From an uncultured Oscillospiraceae bacterium (GTDB lineage: Bacteria; Bacillota; Clostridia; Oscillospirales; Oscillospiraceae): 64,000 bases of DNA. The position numbers were made by a program, and so were the translations under genes. Position 1 is the first letter of the stretch, and each line of letters begins with the position of its first letter. The notes beneath the pieces were generated by a model, which saw nothing but the letters and a program-made list of their open reading frames with translations, was not told the origin of the DNA and ran no database searches. Below, piece after piece: positions 8,580-18,506 of the stretch. The stretch covers positions 1,140-65,139 of the forward strand of contig CALWXR010000004.1 of assembly GCA_944385535.1 (NCBI GenBank), in the 5' to 3' direction.

Positions 8580-10547
8580 TCAGGTCCGTTTGAACTGCTT
8601 TTCCAGCTGCTTTTTGCTTAAGCTGACGCAGATGGGGCGGCCGTGGGGGCAGTACTTCAGATCCTCCCGATCCATCACCGCCGAGGCGATCACCATAAGC
8701 TCTTTTTCATCGCTGACCCATCCGGCCTTAATGGCGGCTTTGCAGGCCACGGTGTGCAGAAGCTCGTCCCGGACGGTGTCCTTGCTTTCCCGGCGGCCCT
8801 TCAGCAGATCCTGCGCCATTGTTTCCAGCGCCTCGGCGGCGCTGTCCGGGCTTAGATCCATGGGAATCTGCCGCAGAAGCAGGGTGTTCTCGCCAAATTC
8901 GTCGATCTCGAAGCCCAGCTCATCCAACAAAGCCTGATTAGCCAGCAGCTCTCCCACGGCGGCGGAGCCCAGACGCACGGCAATGGGCTGCAGCAGGCTC
9001 TGGGCTGTGATGGCCTCCTGATGTTTCTTCAGCTTTTCAAAAAGGATCCGCTCGTGGGCGGCGTGCTTATCGATCAGGAAGGCGTTGTCTCCCTGCTCTA
9101 CAATAATATAAGTGTTGTAAAGCTCACCCACCATGCGCCAATCCTGTTCCGGCGGCATGTCCAGGGAGGTCTGCTCCATAGGCGCTTCCGGGGGAAGGGG
9201 TTCCTGCTTGGGAGGGCAGGGAGGCTGGGGCGGGGTGGAGGCCGGCTTCTCATGCACAATCGGGGGAAGGGGCTCTTGACGGGGCGGCGCTGATGCAGGC
9301 AGGATCACGCTGTCCCGCAAAGGCATATTGGCGGGCCGCTCCAGCTTGGATACCACGGCGGCGGCCGCCTCTTTTTTCGGTTGGGGAGGATCCGCCAGGG
9401 CGGCGGAAAAGGCTTTGTATTCCTCCGCCGTCATGGTGCGGTAGAAGTTCTCCTTTTTTCCGGGAGGGGCGGATTTCGCGGGAGCGGGAGCAGGCTCCTT
9501 TCCGGGGGCCGGTTCCGGGGGGGCGGATTCCTTTTGGGAAAACCGGATCTGAGGACGATCCTGCTGCTGATTCAAGGCGCTGAGCACCCCGTAGTGGACG
9601 CAGTCAAACACCGCCTTTTCCGAAAGGAATTTTACCTCCGTCTTGGCAGGATGGACATTCACATCCACCGCGTTGGCCGGGAGGGTCAGGTGCAGCACAC
9701 ATGCGGGGAACTTGCCCACCATAATCTGATTGCGGTAGGCTTCCTCCAGTGCGGAGATCAGCAGCTTGGATTTTACAGGACGGTTGTTTACGAAAAAGGT
9801 TTGCAGGGACCGGCTGGGCCGGGCGTCGGTGGGCTTTGAAACGTACCCGGTCAGGCTGTACTGCTCCCAGCGGCTGTTCACTGCCGTCATCTGGGCGCAT
9901 TCCCGGCCGTAGACGCAGTAGACCGCGGCCTGCAGTCCCCCGGTGCCTGGGGTGGACAGCACCTGCTTGCCGTCCCGGATGAATTGCACAGCCACTTCCG
10001 GGTGGGCCAGCGCCTGCAGCTGCACCGCCGCGGCCACCCGGCTGCCCTCTACCGTGTCGGATTTCATAAACTTCATCCGGGCCGGGGTGTTGAAAAACAG
10101 ATCCCGGATAAGGATGGTGGTGCCGTCGGGACAGCCCACCTCCGACTCTTCCAGGATGGTTCCCGCTTCCAGCTTCAGGCTGGTTCCGGACAGGGAGCCG
10201 GGCGTTTTGGTCAGAAGATCGATGCGGCTGACGGAGGCAATGGCGGCCAGAGCTTCCCCCCGGAAGCCCATGGTGCCGATGGCGGCCAGGTCATCCGCTG
10301 TGCGCAGCTTGCTGGTGGCATGGCGCAGGAAGGCTACGCGGGCGTCCTCAGGGGACATGCCGCAGCCGTTGTCGGTGACCCGAAGGAAGGTCATGCCCCC
10401 GTCCCGGATCTCCACCGTGACCTTGGAGGCCCCGGCGTCTACCGCGTTTTCCAGCAGCTCCTTTACCACGCTGGCAGGCCGCTCTACCACCTCGCCGGCG
10501 GCGATCAGGTTGGCGATATGGGGGGATAATTGGATGATTTTCGGCAT
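8580..10547 (-). CDS. mutL: DNA mismatch repair endonuclease MutL
   Basis: IAAGEVVERPASVVKELLENAVDA, GFRGEAL, DVNVHPAK, DKHAAHER, ACKAA, CPHGRP. Confidence 0.97.
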   Translation of the reverse strand: MPKIIQLSPHIANLIAAGEVVERPASVVKELLENAVDAGASKVTVEIRDGGMTFLRVTDNGCGMSPEDARVAFLRHATSKLRTADDLAAIGTMGFRGEALAAIASVSRIDLLTKTPGSLSGTSLKLEAGTILEESEVGCPDGTTILIRDLFFNTPARMKFMKSDTVEGSRVAAAVQLQALAHPEVAVQFIRDGKQVLSTPGTGGLQAAVYCVYGRECAQMTAVNSRWEQYSLTGYVSKPTDARPSRSLQTFFVNNRPVKSKLLISALEEAYRNQIMVGKFPACVLHLTLPANAVDVNVHPAKTEVKFLSEKAVFDCVHYGVLSALNQQQDRPQIRFSQKESAPPEPAPGKEPAPAPAKSAPPGKKENFYRTMTAEEYKAFSAALADPPQPKKEAAAAVVSKLERPANMPLRDSVILPASAPPRQEPLPPIVHEKPASTPPQPPCPPKQEPLPPEAPMEQTSLDMPPEQDWRMVGELYNTYIIVEQGDNAFLIDKHAAHERILFEKLKKHQEAITAQSLLQPIAVRLGSAAVGELLANQALLDELGFEIDEFGENTLLLRQIPMDLSPDSAAEALETMAQDLLKGRRESKDTVRDELLHTVACKAAIKAGWVSDEKELMVIASAVMDREDLKYCPHGRPICVSLSKKQLEKQFKRT

Positions 10548-10551
10548 AGAA

Positions 10552-11250
10552 TCACCTCAATGCGCCGATGGCGTTCATATTGATAAGGGCGTGGATCAAA
10601 ATGGGGGCGAAAATGGTATCCGCCTTGGTGTAGGCCCAGGCAAGGCAAAGTCCGGCGGGCAGATATTGGAGCAGGGCCATCAGCAGCTCCACAGGGGCGT
10701 AGGATCCGATGTAGCCTAAAATATGGATGGCGGCAAAGGCCAGCATGGACACAATATAGGCCGCCCACCGGGATCTGCCGTAGAGATTCCGGAAAATCAG
10801 CCCACGGAAGACGCACTCCTCCGCCGGGGGCACCAAAATGACGGTGCCGATGAACATAAGAAAGTAGTTTCCCCGGCTTAAATCGGCAATGGCCTGGTCA
10901 TTGTAGTTGGAAAAGCCGGGAACCAGAAGCCGGATACACCAGCTGACTGCATGGGAGCAGGCGTAATACGCCACAAAGCCCAGGACCACCGCCTGGCAAA
11001 AGTAAGCGGGATGCTGGGTCATCTGCCGGGCAGACCGGCCCAGATAGTCGTGGTAGATCAAAAGGCAGGCCAGAAAGTTCACCAGGTAGTATACGAAGTT
11101 CAGCTCGGTAGCATCCAGAGGATGGCTCAGCTGCCGGTTCAGCCAGGTCAGCAGGCTGCTCAGGGCTGCCAGCTGAAACAGGCAATACAGCGCGCCGGAG
11201 ATGGTCTCCTGGCTGGTCAGGTTTGTGGATAAACTGGGGTTTTTTCTCAT
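10552..11250 (-). CDS. CPBP/CAAX-family intramembrane metalloprotease
   Basis: Multiple TM segments with EECVFRG, FAAIH and HALIN motifs. Start uncertain, probably ATG 11250 just after the mutS stop. Confidence 0.85.
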   Translation of the reverse strand: MRKNPSLSTNLTSQETISGALYCLFQLAALSSLLTWLNRQLSHPLDATELNFVYYLVNFLACLLIYHDYLGRSARQMTQHPAYFCQAVVLGFVAYYACSHAVSWCIRLLVPGFSNYNDQAIADLSRGNYFLMFIGTVILVPPAEECVFRGLIFRNLYGRSRWAAYIVSMLAFAAIHILGYIGSYAPVELLMALLQYLPAGLCLAWAYTKADTIFAPILIHALINMNAIGALR

Positions 11251-11257
11251 AGATTTT

Positions 11258-13861
11258 TCAGTCCAATAGTTTTTTAAGCTGGTACAATTCATTCATGGCC
11301 TCAATGGGGGTGAGGGTTTCCACACTGATCTTCGACAGTGCGGCGATCACCTGCTGGCCGGTAAGATCCAGCATGCTCACCTGATCCTCCGGCTCCTTCC
11401 GGGTCACGGGGGCGGGGGCGGAGCCGGATTCTTCCAGCTCCTGAAGGATCTCTCTGGCCCGGGCGATCACGGGAGCGGGCAGACCCGCCAGCTTGGCCAC
11501 TTCAATGCCGTAGCTGTCGTCCGTGGCGCCGGGAACGATTTTTCGCAGGAAGATCATCTGCTCGCCCCGTTTTTTCACGGCGATGTTGTAGTTTTTTACG
11601 TTGGGGAGCTTTTCTTCCATGGTGGATAGCTCGTGGTAGTGGGTGGCAAACAGAGTCTTGGCCCCCAAACGCTTGGGACTGGCCACATATTCCAGTACAG
11701 ACCGGGCAATGGCCATGCCGTCATAGGTGGAGGTGCCCCGGCCGATCTCGTCCAGGATCAGAAGAGAACGGGCGGTGGCGTATTTTAGTATGGAGGCCAC
11801 CTCCGACATTTCCACCATGAAGGTGGACTGACCGGAGGCCAAGTCGTCGCTGGCGCCGATCCGGGTGAATACCCGGTCTACCAGGCCGATCCTGGCGGAG
11901 CGGGCGGGGACGAAGGAGCCCATCTGAGCCATGAGCACGATCAGGGCTACCTGGCGCATATAGGTGGATTTACCGGCCATGTTGGGGCCGGTGATGATGG
12001 CTACCTGGTTATCGTCAGATCCCAGCTGGGTGTCGTTGGGGACAAACAGGCTGTCCTTCGGCACCGCTTCCACCACCGGATGCCTTCCATCGGTGATGGA
12101 GATCTCCCGGCCCAGGGTAATCTCCGGGCGGCAGTAGCCCCGCTGAACCGCCACGGCGGCAAGGGAGCACAGCGCGTCCGCGGCTGCCACGGCGGCGGCT
12201 GTCTGCTGCACCCGGGCGGCCTGCTGGGCAAGGTGCTCCCGCAGCCGGATAAAAATCTGGTATTCCAGGGCGGTGAGCCGATCCTTGGCGGTAAGCACCT
12301 GGTTTTCCAGCTCCTTCAGTTCCTGGGTGATGTAGCGCTCGCAGTTGGCAAGGGTCTGCTTGCGGATATAGCTGTCCGGAACCTGATCCATAAAGGACTT
12401 GGATACTTCAATATAATAGCCGAATACCCGGTTGAAGCCCACTTTTAAGGTGCGGATGCCGGTTTTCTCCCGCTCGGAAGCTTCAATGGCGGCAATGGCG
12501 CCGCCGCCGCCTTCCATAATGTCCCGCAGCCTGTCCGCCTCTTCATCCGCGCCCTTGCGGATGATGCCGCCCTCCCGGATGGTTAGGGGCGGCTCGTCTA
12601 CAATGGTGTTTTCGATCAGGTCAGCGCAGTCGGTGAGAGAATCCATGGCCTGCTCCAGCTTTTGCAGCAGGGGGGAATCGCATTTGCTGAGCTGGGCTTT
12701 GACCTGGGGCAATGCCCGAAAGCCCCGGGCCAGTCCCAGCAGATCCCGGCAGTTGACGGTGCCGGTGACGATCCGGGTGGTGACCCGCTCCAGATCCGTC
12801 ACGTCCTTCAGGGCTTCTTCCAGCTCTCCCCGGATGATCACATTACCCACCAGTTCCTCTACCGCTCCATGGCGGCGGATGATCTCCGCCGGATCCAGCA
12901 GGGGCTTTTCCAGCCAGGAGCGGAGCATCCGGCCGCCCATGGCGGTGTGGGTCTTATCCAGCACCCATAAAAGGGTGCCCTTTTTGTCCTTGGAGCGGAG
13001 GGTTTCGGTCAGCTCCAGATTGCGCCGGGCGTCCATATCCAGCTCCATAAAGCGGCCGGTGGTGTAGTATTGCAGCTGGCGGATATGGGCTAAATCATTT
13101 TTTTGCAGGGTCAGGAGGGTTTGCAGCAGCGCGCCGCTGGCCGCGATGACCTCCGGCATACCGGCAATGCCCAGCTGGGAAAGGGTGGCGTGGAAGTGAT
13201 CTTCCAGCAGCTTTTCCGACGTTTCCAGAGAGAACTGTCCCTCTTTGCCCTCGTCTACGCAGCAGCTTAACCGGTGGAACAGGGCGTCGTTAAGCTGGTC
13301 GCAGTCCACATTGTTTCCGTAGCGCAGCACCTCGCTGGGGGCGAAGCGGCCCAGCTCCGAGGAAGCGCTCTGAGCGTCGGCGCAGACCGTGGCGAAAAAA
13401 GCGCCGGTGGATACATCGCAGAAGGCCAGGCCGAACCGGCTGCCGCTTCCGTAGATACAGCCCATGTAGTTGTTCTTATTTTCATCCAGCATGCAGCTGT
13501 CGGTAACGGTGCCCGGGGTGATGATCCGGGTGACCTCCCGCTCCACCAGTCCTTTTGCCAGGGCGGGATCCTCCATCTGCTCGCAAATGGCGATCTTGTA
13601 GCCCTTCTGCACAAGGCGGGCGATGTAGGAGTCCACGCTGTGGTAGGGCACGCCGCACATGGGGGTCTGCTCTTCCTTTGGCTTGCCCCGGTCCCGGGTG
13701 GTCAGAGTCAGATCCAGCTCCCGGGCGGCCACCTGAGCGTCCTCGTTGAACATCTCGTAGAAGTCGCCCAGACGGAAAAACAGAATGCAGTCCTGGTTCC
13801 GCTCCTTGATCTGCTGGTACTGCCGCTGCATGGGGGTCAATTCGTTTGCGGGTTTTGCCAT
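11258..13861 (-). CDS. mutS: DNA mismatch repair protein MutS
   Basis: TPMQRQY, FFRLGDFYEMF, GPNMAGKST, LILDEIGRGTST, SYGIEVAKLAG. Confidence 0.98.
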   Translation of the reverse strand: MAKPANELTPMQRQYQQIKERNQDCILFFRLGDFYEMFNEDAQVAARELDLTLTTRDRGKPKEEQTPMCGVPYHSVDSYIARLVQKGYKIAICEQMEDPALAKGLVEREVTRIITPGTVTDSCMLDENKNNYMGCIYGSGSRFGLAFCDVSTGAFFATVCADAQSASSELGRFAPSEVLRYGNNVDCDQLNDALFHRLSCCVDEGKEGQFSLETSEKLLEDHFHATLSQLGIAGMPEVIAASGALLQTLLTLQKNDLAHIRQLQYYTTGRFMELDMDARRNLELTETLRSKDKKGTLLWVLDKTHTAMGGRMLRSWLEKPLLDPAEIIRRHGAVEELVGNVIIRGELEEALKDVTDLERVTTRIVTGTVNCRDLLGLARGFRALPQVKAQLSKCDSPLLQKLEQAMDSLTDCADLIENTIVDEPPLTIREGGIIRKGADEEADRLRDIMEGGGGAIAAIEASEREKTGIRTLKVGFNRVFGYYIEVSKSFMDQVPDSYIRKQTLANCERYITQELKELENQVLTAKDRLTALEYQIFIRLREHLAQQAARVQQTAAAVAAADALCSLAAVAVQRGYCRPEITLGREISITDGRHPVVEAVPKDSLFVPNDTQLGSDDNQVAIITGPNMAGKSTYMRQVALIVLMAQMGSFVPARSARIGLVDRVFTRIGASDDLASGQSTFMVEMSEVASILKYATARSLLILDEIGRGTSTYDGMAIARSVLEYVASPKRLGAKTLFATHYHELSTMEEKLPNVKNYNIAVKKRGEQMIFLRKIVPGATDDSYGIEVAKLAGLPAPVIARAREILQELEESGSAPAPVTRKEPEDQVSMLDLTGQQVIAALSKISVETLTPIEAMNELYQLKKLLD

Positions 13862-13909
13862 GGCTGTAAAACCTCTTTCTATGAAATAGGCGGGAAAAGG
13901 CCGGTTTGA

Positions 13910-15322
13910 TCAGACGTTTTCCGCCAGAATGCCGGTAAGGCTCCAGGTGGTCGCCCCCTGGATGGTGATGTTCTGGTAGCTGCCGATGAGACTGTCGCAG
14001 CCGGGGAAGCGCACCAGCCGTCCCCCCTCCGTCCGGGCGGTAAGCAGATCCTTGTCTTTGCCGTCCACCAGGCAGCGCATGGTTTTGCCCACGTAGCTTA
14101 AGTGAATCTGCTCGGAAATGGCGTTCTGCACCGCGCAAAGCTTATCAAAGCGGCGGTTTTTCTCCTCCCTGGGAGTGAGATCCTCCATTTCGGCGGCGGG
14201 GGTGCCGGGCCGGGGGGAGAAGATGAAGGTAAACAGGCTGTCGTAATGGACCTGCTGAATCAGGGAAATGGTTTCCTCGAATTCTTCCTCGGTCTCGCCC
14301 GGAAAGCCCACGATCACATCGGAGGTGAGCACCAGATCCGGCATAACGCTTTTGGCATAGTTCACCTTTTTCAGGTAAGTCTCCCGGTCGTAGTGCCGGT
14401 TCATGGCCTTCAGCACCCGGGAGGAGCCGGACTGGAAGGGAAGATGAAGCTGCTTGGCGATCTTGGGATAGGCGGCCATGGTGTCAAAAAGCTTTTCGCT
14501 GGCGTCCCGGGGATGGCTGGTCATAAAGCGAATCAGGAAATCCCCGGGAAGCTGGGCGATGGCGGCAAGCAGATCGGCAAAATCCGTGCCGCTGTTTAAG
14601 TCCTTGCCGTAGGAGTTCACGTTCTGCCCCAGCAGGGTGATCTCCCTGGCACCGTCCCCGATGACCTGGCGGCATTCGTTGAGAATGTCCTCCGGCTTCC
14701 GGCTGCGCTCCCGGCCCCGCACATAGGGCACGATGCAGTAGGTGCAGAAATTGTTGCAGCCGTACATAATGGACACCCAGGCCTTCAGCTTGGAGTCCCG
14801 GGCCTGGGGGATTCCCTCGGCAATGGAGCCGGGCTCGTCGGTGATGTAGAACTGGCGCTTTTGTTTGCTTAGCACCTTCCACAGAATTTCCGGGAACTGC
14901 CACAGGTGGTGGGTGGAAAAGACCCCGTCCACATGGGGATAGCTGTGCTTGATTCGCTCGCTGACGTTGCGCTCGCCTGCCATACAGCCGCACAGGAAAA
15001 TCCTCTGCTCCGGATAGCGGCGCTTGGTGTGGGTCAGAGCGCCCAGGTTGCCGAAGACCCGCTGCTCCGCGTGCTCCCGGATGGCGCAGGTGTTCATAAT
15101 CACCACGTCCGCCCCCTCTGCCCGGCCCACAATGGCGTAGCCGCACTGGACAAGATATCCGCGAAGCTTTTCCGAGTCGGCCTCGTTTTGCTGACAGCCG
15201 TAGGTCTCCACATAGGCGGTGGGAGTGCGGCCCAGGGCGCTCCAGTGAGCGGCGATTTTATCACAGCAGGCGAACTGTTCATCCAGCTGCGCCTGAGAAA
15301 TGACGGTGGTTTTGGTATTCAT
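13910..15322 (-). CDS. miaB: tRNA 2-methylthio-i6A synthase (radical SAM)
   Basis: TYGCQQNEADSE, NTCAIRE, CNNFCTYC radical-SAM motif, HLPFQSGS, C-terminal TRAM-like region. Confidence 0.96.
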   Translation of the reverse strand: MNTKTTVISQAQLDEQFACCDKIAAHWSALGRTPTAYVETYGCQQNEADSEKLRGYLVQCGYAIVGRAEGADVVIMNTCAIREHAEQRVFGNLGALTHTKRRYPEQRIFLCGCMAGERNVSERIKHSYPHVDGVFSTHHLWQFPEILWKVLSKQKRQFYITDEPGSIAEGIPQARDSKLKAWVSIMYGCNNFCTYCIVPYVRGRERSRKPEDILNECRQVIGDGAREITLLGQNVNSYGKDLNSGTDFADLLAAIAQLPGDFLIRFMTSHPRDASEKLFDTMAAYPKIAKQLHLPFQSGSSRVLKAMNRHYDRETYLKKVNYAKSVMPDLVLTSDVIVGFPGETEEEFEETISLIQQVHYDSLFTFIFSPRPGTPAAEMEDLTPREEKNRRFDKLCAVQNAISEQIHLSYVGKTMRCLVDGKDKDLLTARTEGGRLVRFPGCDSLIGSYQNITIQGATTWSLTGILAENV

Positions 15323-15357
15323 GGGATGCTCCTTCGATTATGGGGTTTCAACTATAA

Positions 15358-15386
15358 ATAATAACATTTGTTCGGACATTTTGCAA
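15358..15386 (-). promoter_or_regulatory. Sigma-A promoter for miaB-mutS-mutL-miaA-hfq
   Basis: TTGCAA-17 nt-TATTAT with extended TG. Confidence 0.65.
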
Positions 15387-15390
15387 GGGT

Positions 15391-15440
15391 TTCCCCGGCC
15401 GGAAATGGGGAAAGATTCCCCGGCGGAAAATTGGGAAAAG
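15391..15440 (+). repeat. Imperfect 25-nt tandem repeat (two copies) in the miaB-ktrB spacer
   Basis: TTCCCCGGCCGGAAATGGGGAAAG (15391) and TTCCCCGGCGGAAAATTGGGAAAAG (15416). Confidence 0.55.
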
Positions 15441-15545
15441 AGCCGCTTCTGCTTCGGGCAGGCGGATCCCGGAAAAAGATCCGGAACTTTTCCGGAATCC
15501 GGGGAAGAAAGCCGGGTATTCCCGGAAAAGCTGCGGAATTCTCTC

Positions 15546-15573
15546 TTGCAAATGGAAACAAAGTTGTTATAAT
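15546..15573 (+). promoter_or_regulatory. Sigma-A promoter for the ktrBA operon
   Basis: TTGCAA-16 nt-TATAAT with extended TG. Confidence 0.7.
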
Positions 15574-15626
15574 AGGGTATATCTGTTTGTGGCGGAGGAT
15601 GCTCCGCCGGAAAGGAGAGGTTTTGC

Positions 15627-17006
15627 TTGCCTCTGCGTTTGCGGCTGTATGGGCTTTGGATGAAGCGCCGGCCCAAAAATTTAAGCGCCGCCAGGATCAT
15701 CGCCATTGCCTTTGGGATCATTATCCTCACCGGCACCCTGCTGCTGATGCTGCCTGGGGCGTCCCGAAGCGGGGAAAGCTGTGATTTTCTTTCTGCTTTG
15801 TTTACCGCTACCTCCGCCACCTGCGTTACGGGACTGGTTATGTTTGACACCTGGAGCCAGTGGAGCGGCTTTGGCCAGGTGGTGATCATCTGCCTGATCC
15901 AGATCGGCGGCCTGGGCTTTATGTCCGCCGCTACCTTGGTGGTATTCGTGCTGAGAAAAAAGATCGGCCTGAAGCAGCGGCTGGTTATGGCCCAGGCCCT
16001 GAGCCTGCCGGATATGGAGGGCGTGGTGCGGCTGCAAAAGACGGTGCTCATCGGAAGCCTTTCCGTGGAGGCTGTGGGCGCGCTGATCCTGTTTCTCCAC
16101 TTCCTGCCGGATTACGGCTTTTGGCAGGCCCTTCGATGGGGGATTTTCCACGCCATTTCCGCCTTCTGCAACGCGGGCTTTGACATTTTCGGATGTATCA
16201 CTCCGGGAGCCAGCCTGCTGGAATTTCAGTCGGATCCGGTGGTGCTGCTGACCCTGGGCGCTTTGGTGGTCATTGGCGGCTTGGGATTTCTGGTATGGCA
16301 GGAGATCTGGGAAAAACGCAGCTTTCATAAATTGAGCGTCTATGCCAAGTTGGTGCTGCTGACGACCCTGGCTCTGCTGGCGGCGGGATGGGCGCTGACC
16401 TGCATTCTGGAGTGGAATAACCCCCGGACGCTGGGGGTGCTGAATGTGGGGGACAAGCTCCTTAACGGCCTGTTTCAGGCCATCACCCTGCGTACCGCCG
16501 GGTTTGCCGCCATTGACCAGGCATATCTGACGGAGGCGGGAAAAGCGGTGTCTACTGTGCTGATGCTCATCGGCGGCTCCTCCGGCTCTACTGCCGGCGG
16601 CCTCAAAACCGTGACCTTTATGGTTTTGGCGTTGTTCTTGGCGGCCCGGGCCCGGGGAAGATCTACCGTGTGCGTGTTCAAGCGAACCATCCCCGCCGAT
16701 CAGGTGATGGACGCCATGACCATTGCGTTTATCATGGTCTTTCTGGCCCTCTTTGGCGGGACCATGATCAGCGCGACTTCCCCGGCAAGCTTTACCGACG
16801 GGCTGTTCGAAGCGGTGTCCGCCTTGGCTACCGTGGGCCTGACCGCCGGCGTGACCGGGAAACTGAGTACCCTGGCGAAAGTACTGATGATCGTATATAT
16901 GTACTTTGGACGTGTGGGCGTGCTGACCATCAGCCTGGGCTTCCTGACAGGAGACAAGGCCCAGGAGCGGTTCCGGTATGCCCGGACGACCTTACTCATT
17001 GGATAG
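15627..17006 (+). CDS. ktrB: Trk/Ktr potassium uptake membrane subunit
   Basis: ATSATCVTGL, SAFCNAGF, RTAGF, SALATVGL selectivity-filter repeats. TTG start 6 nt after AAAGGAGAGG. Confidence 0.93.
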   Translation: MPLRLRLYGLWMKRRPKNLSAARIIAIAFGIIILTGTLLLMLPGASRSGESCDFLSALFTATSATCVTGLVMFDTWSQWSGFGQVVIICLIQIGGLGFMSAATLVVFVLRKKIGLKQRLVMAQALSLPDMEGVVRLQKTVLIGSLSVEAVGALILFLHFLPDYGFWQALRWGIFHAISAFCNAGFDIFGCITPGASLLEFQSDPVVLLTLGALVVIGGLGFLVWQEIWEKRSFHKLSVYAKLVLLTTLALLAAGWALTCILEWNNPRTLGVLNVGDKLLNGLFQAITLRTAGFAAIDQAYLTEAGKAVSTVLMLIGGSSGSTAGGLKTVTFMVLALFLAARARGRSTVCVFKRTIPADQVMDAMTIAFIMVFLALFGGTMISATSPASFTDGLFEAVSALATVGLTAGVTGKLSTLAKVLMIVYMYFGRVGVLTISLGFLTGDKAQERFRYARTTLLIG

Positions 17007-17016
17007 GAGTGTGGAT

Positions 17017-17664
17017 ATGAAATCTTATATTGTGATCGGCCTGGGGCGGTTTGGTTCCTCCCTGGCCCGGCAGCTGTGCGAGCTTGGCGCCCAGGTGCTG
17101 GCTATGGACGTCCGGAGCGACCTGGTGCAGCAGCTGGCCAATGATGTGACCCACGCGGTGGTGGGAGACGCTCAGGATAAGGAGGTTCTCCGCTCCCTGG
17201 GCGCCCGGAATTTTGACTGCGCTGTTATTGCCATCGGCGATGATCTGGGGGCCTCCGTGCTGGTGACCATGAATTTACAGGAATTGGGCGTTCCTTATAT
17301 TGTGTGCAAGGCCCATGACGAGACTCACCGCCGGGTTTTGGAAAAGCTGGGGGTGAATCGGGTGGTCATCCCGGAGCAGGAGCATGCCCAGCGGCTGGCC
17401 CGGAGCTTAAGCAGCCACAATGTGCTGGACTACATCGAGCTTTCCCAGGACTACGGCATCCTGGAGGTTCCCGCTCCCGCCGGCTGGGTGGGAAAGACCC
17501 TGAAGGAACTGAATGTTCGGGCCAAGCTGGGGGTGAACATCATTGCCGTGGGAAACGGAAAGAAAATGAACGTCTCCCCCTCGGCGGATTACCGGATCCA
17601 AAGCGGCGACGTGCTGTCGGTGCTGGGGGATAACCTTGCTTTGAAGGCGGTGCAGCAGCTGTGA
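17017..17664 (+). CDS. ktrA: TrkA/KtrA RCK-domain subunit
   Basis: VIGLGRFG Rossmann motif, RCK_N plus RCK_C. Start moved to ATG 17017 (RBS AGGAG). Confidence 0.93.
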   Translation: MKSYIVIGLGRFGSSLARQLCELGAQVLAMDVRSDLVQQLANDVTHAVVGDAQDKEVLRSLGARNFDCAVIAIGDDLGASVLVTMNLQELGVPYIVCKAHDETHRRVLEKLGVNRVVIPEQEHAQRLARSLSSHNVLDYIELSQDYGILEVPAPAGWVGKTLKELNVRAKLGVNIIAVGNGKKMNVSPSADYRIQSGDVLSVLGDNLALKAVQQL

Positions 17665-18410
17665 CGGAAGAGAGAATCACCTCCCGAAAGAATCCGCTGC
17701 TGCAGCAGGTGAAAAAGCTGCTGTCCTCCCGGAAGGCCCGGGAGGAGGCGGGGCTGTTTGCCGCTGACGGCACCAAGCTGCTTTCCGAGGCGGTACGCTG
17801 GTATCCGGGGCTGGATACGGTGATCCTCTCCGACGGGGTGGAGGCGGAGCTTCCCTCCCGGGTGCGGCTGGTGCGGGTGCCGGGGGACGTGATGGCTTCT
17901 GTTTCTCCCATGGCGTCACCCCAGGGGGCACTCTTTCTGTGCCGCCTGCCGGAAAAGAAAGCCTTTGCCCCCCGGCCCGGCATGCTGCTGCTGGACGGCA
18001 TTCAGGATCCGGGGAATCTGGGCACCATTTTGCGCACGGCGGACGGCCTGGATATTCCCGTGGCGCTGCTGGAGGGCTGCGCCGATCCCTACAGCCACAA
18101 GGTTGTGCGCTCCAGCATGGGGGCGGTGTTTCGCAATCAGCCGGTGCAGTGCGATTGGGAAGGGGTCAAACGGGCCTGCGCTGAAAAAAAGATCCCCATT
18201 GGGGTGACGGCCCTCAGCCACCGGGCGGTGGATCTGCGCCGGGCGGATCTGAAGAATATGGCGGTGGTCATTGGCAGTGAAGGGCAGGGCGTCCGGCGGG
18301 AGATCCTGGAGGAGGCCGACAGGGAACTGATTATTCCCATGAACGAACGCTGCGAATCCCTGAACGCCGCCATCGCCGCCGCTATTGTTATGTGGCAGAT
18401 GAAGCAGTAG
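17661..18410 (+). CDS. TrmH/SpoU family RNA methyltransferase
   Basis: LDGIQDPGNLGTILRTA, IGSEGQGV, IPM..RCESLNAAIAAAI SPOUT motifs. GTG start overlapping the ktrA stop. Confidence 0.92.
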   Translation: MTEERITSRKNPLLQQVKKLLSSRKAREEAGLFAADGTKLLSEAVRWYPGLDTVILSDGVEAELPSRVRLVRVPGDVMASVSPMASPQGALFLCRLPEKKAFAPRPGMLLLDGIQDPGNLGTILRTADGLDIPVALLEGCADPYSHKVVRSSMGAVFRNQPVQCDWEGVKRACAEKKIPIGVTALSHRAVDLRRADLKNMAVVIGSEGQGVRREILEEADRELIIPMNERCESLNAAIAAAIVMWQMKQ

Positions 18411-18506
18411 AGGCTGCTTCGATCCCCGGAGAACGGACAGACGCCGGCTCTCTGCCGCGGCGTTTGGCATAGATGAAAATATACATAGAGAAAGAGGGAA
18501 CGGAAT

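Noticed and set aside
15387-15626. c-di-AMP (ydaO) riboswitch upstream of ktrB, and small ORFs in the spacer
   Set aside because: No GCTGAA/GGAACC/GGGGTGAA pattern, the promoter leaves only a ~45-nt leader, and the ORFs lack RBS and overlap both promoters.
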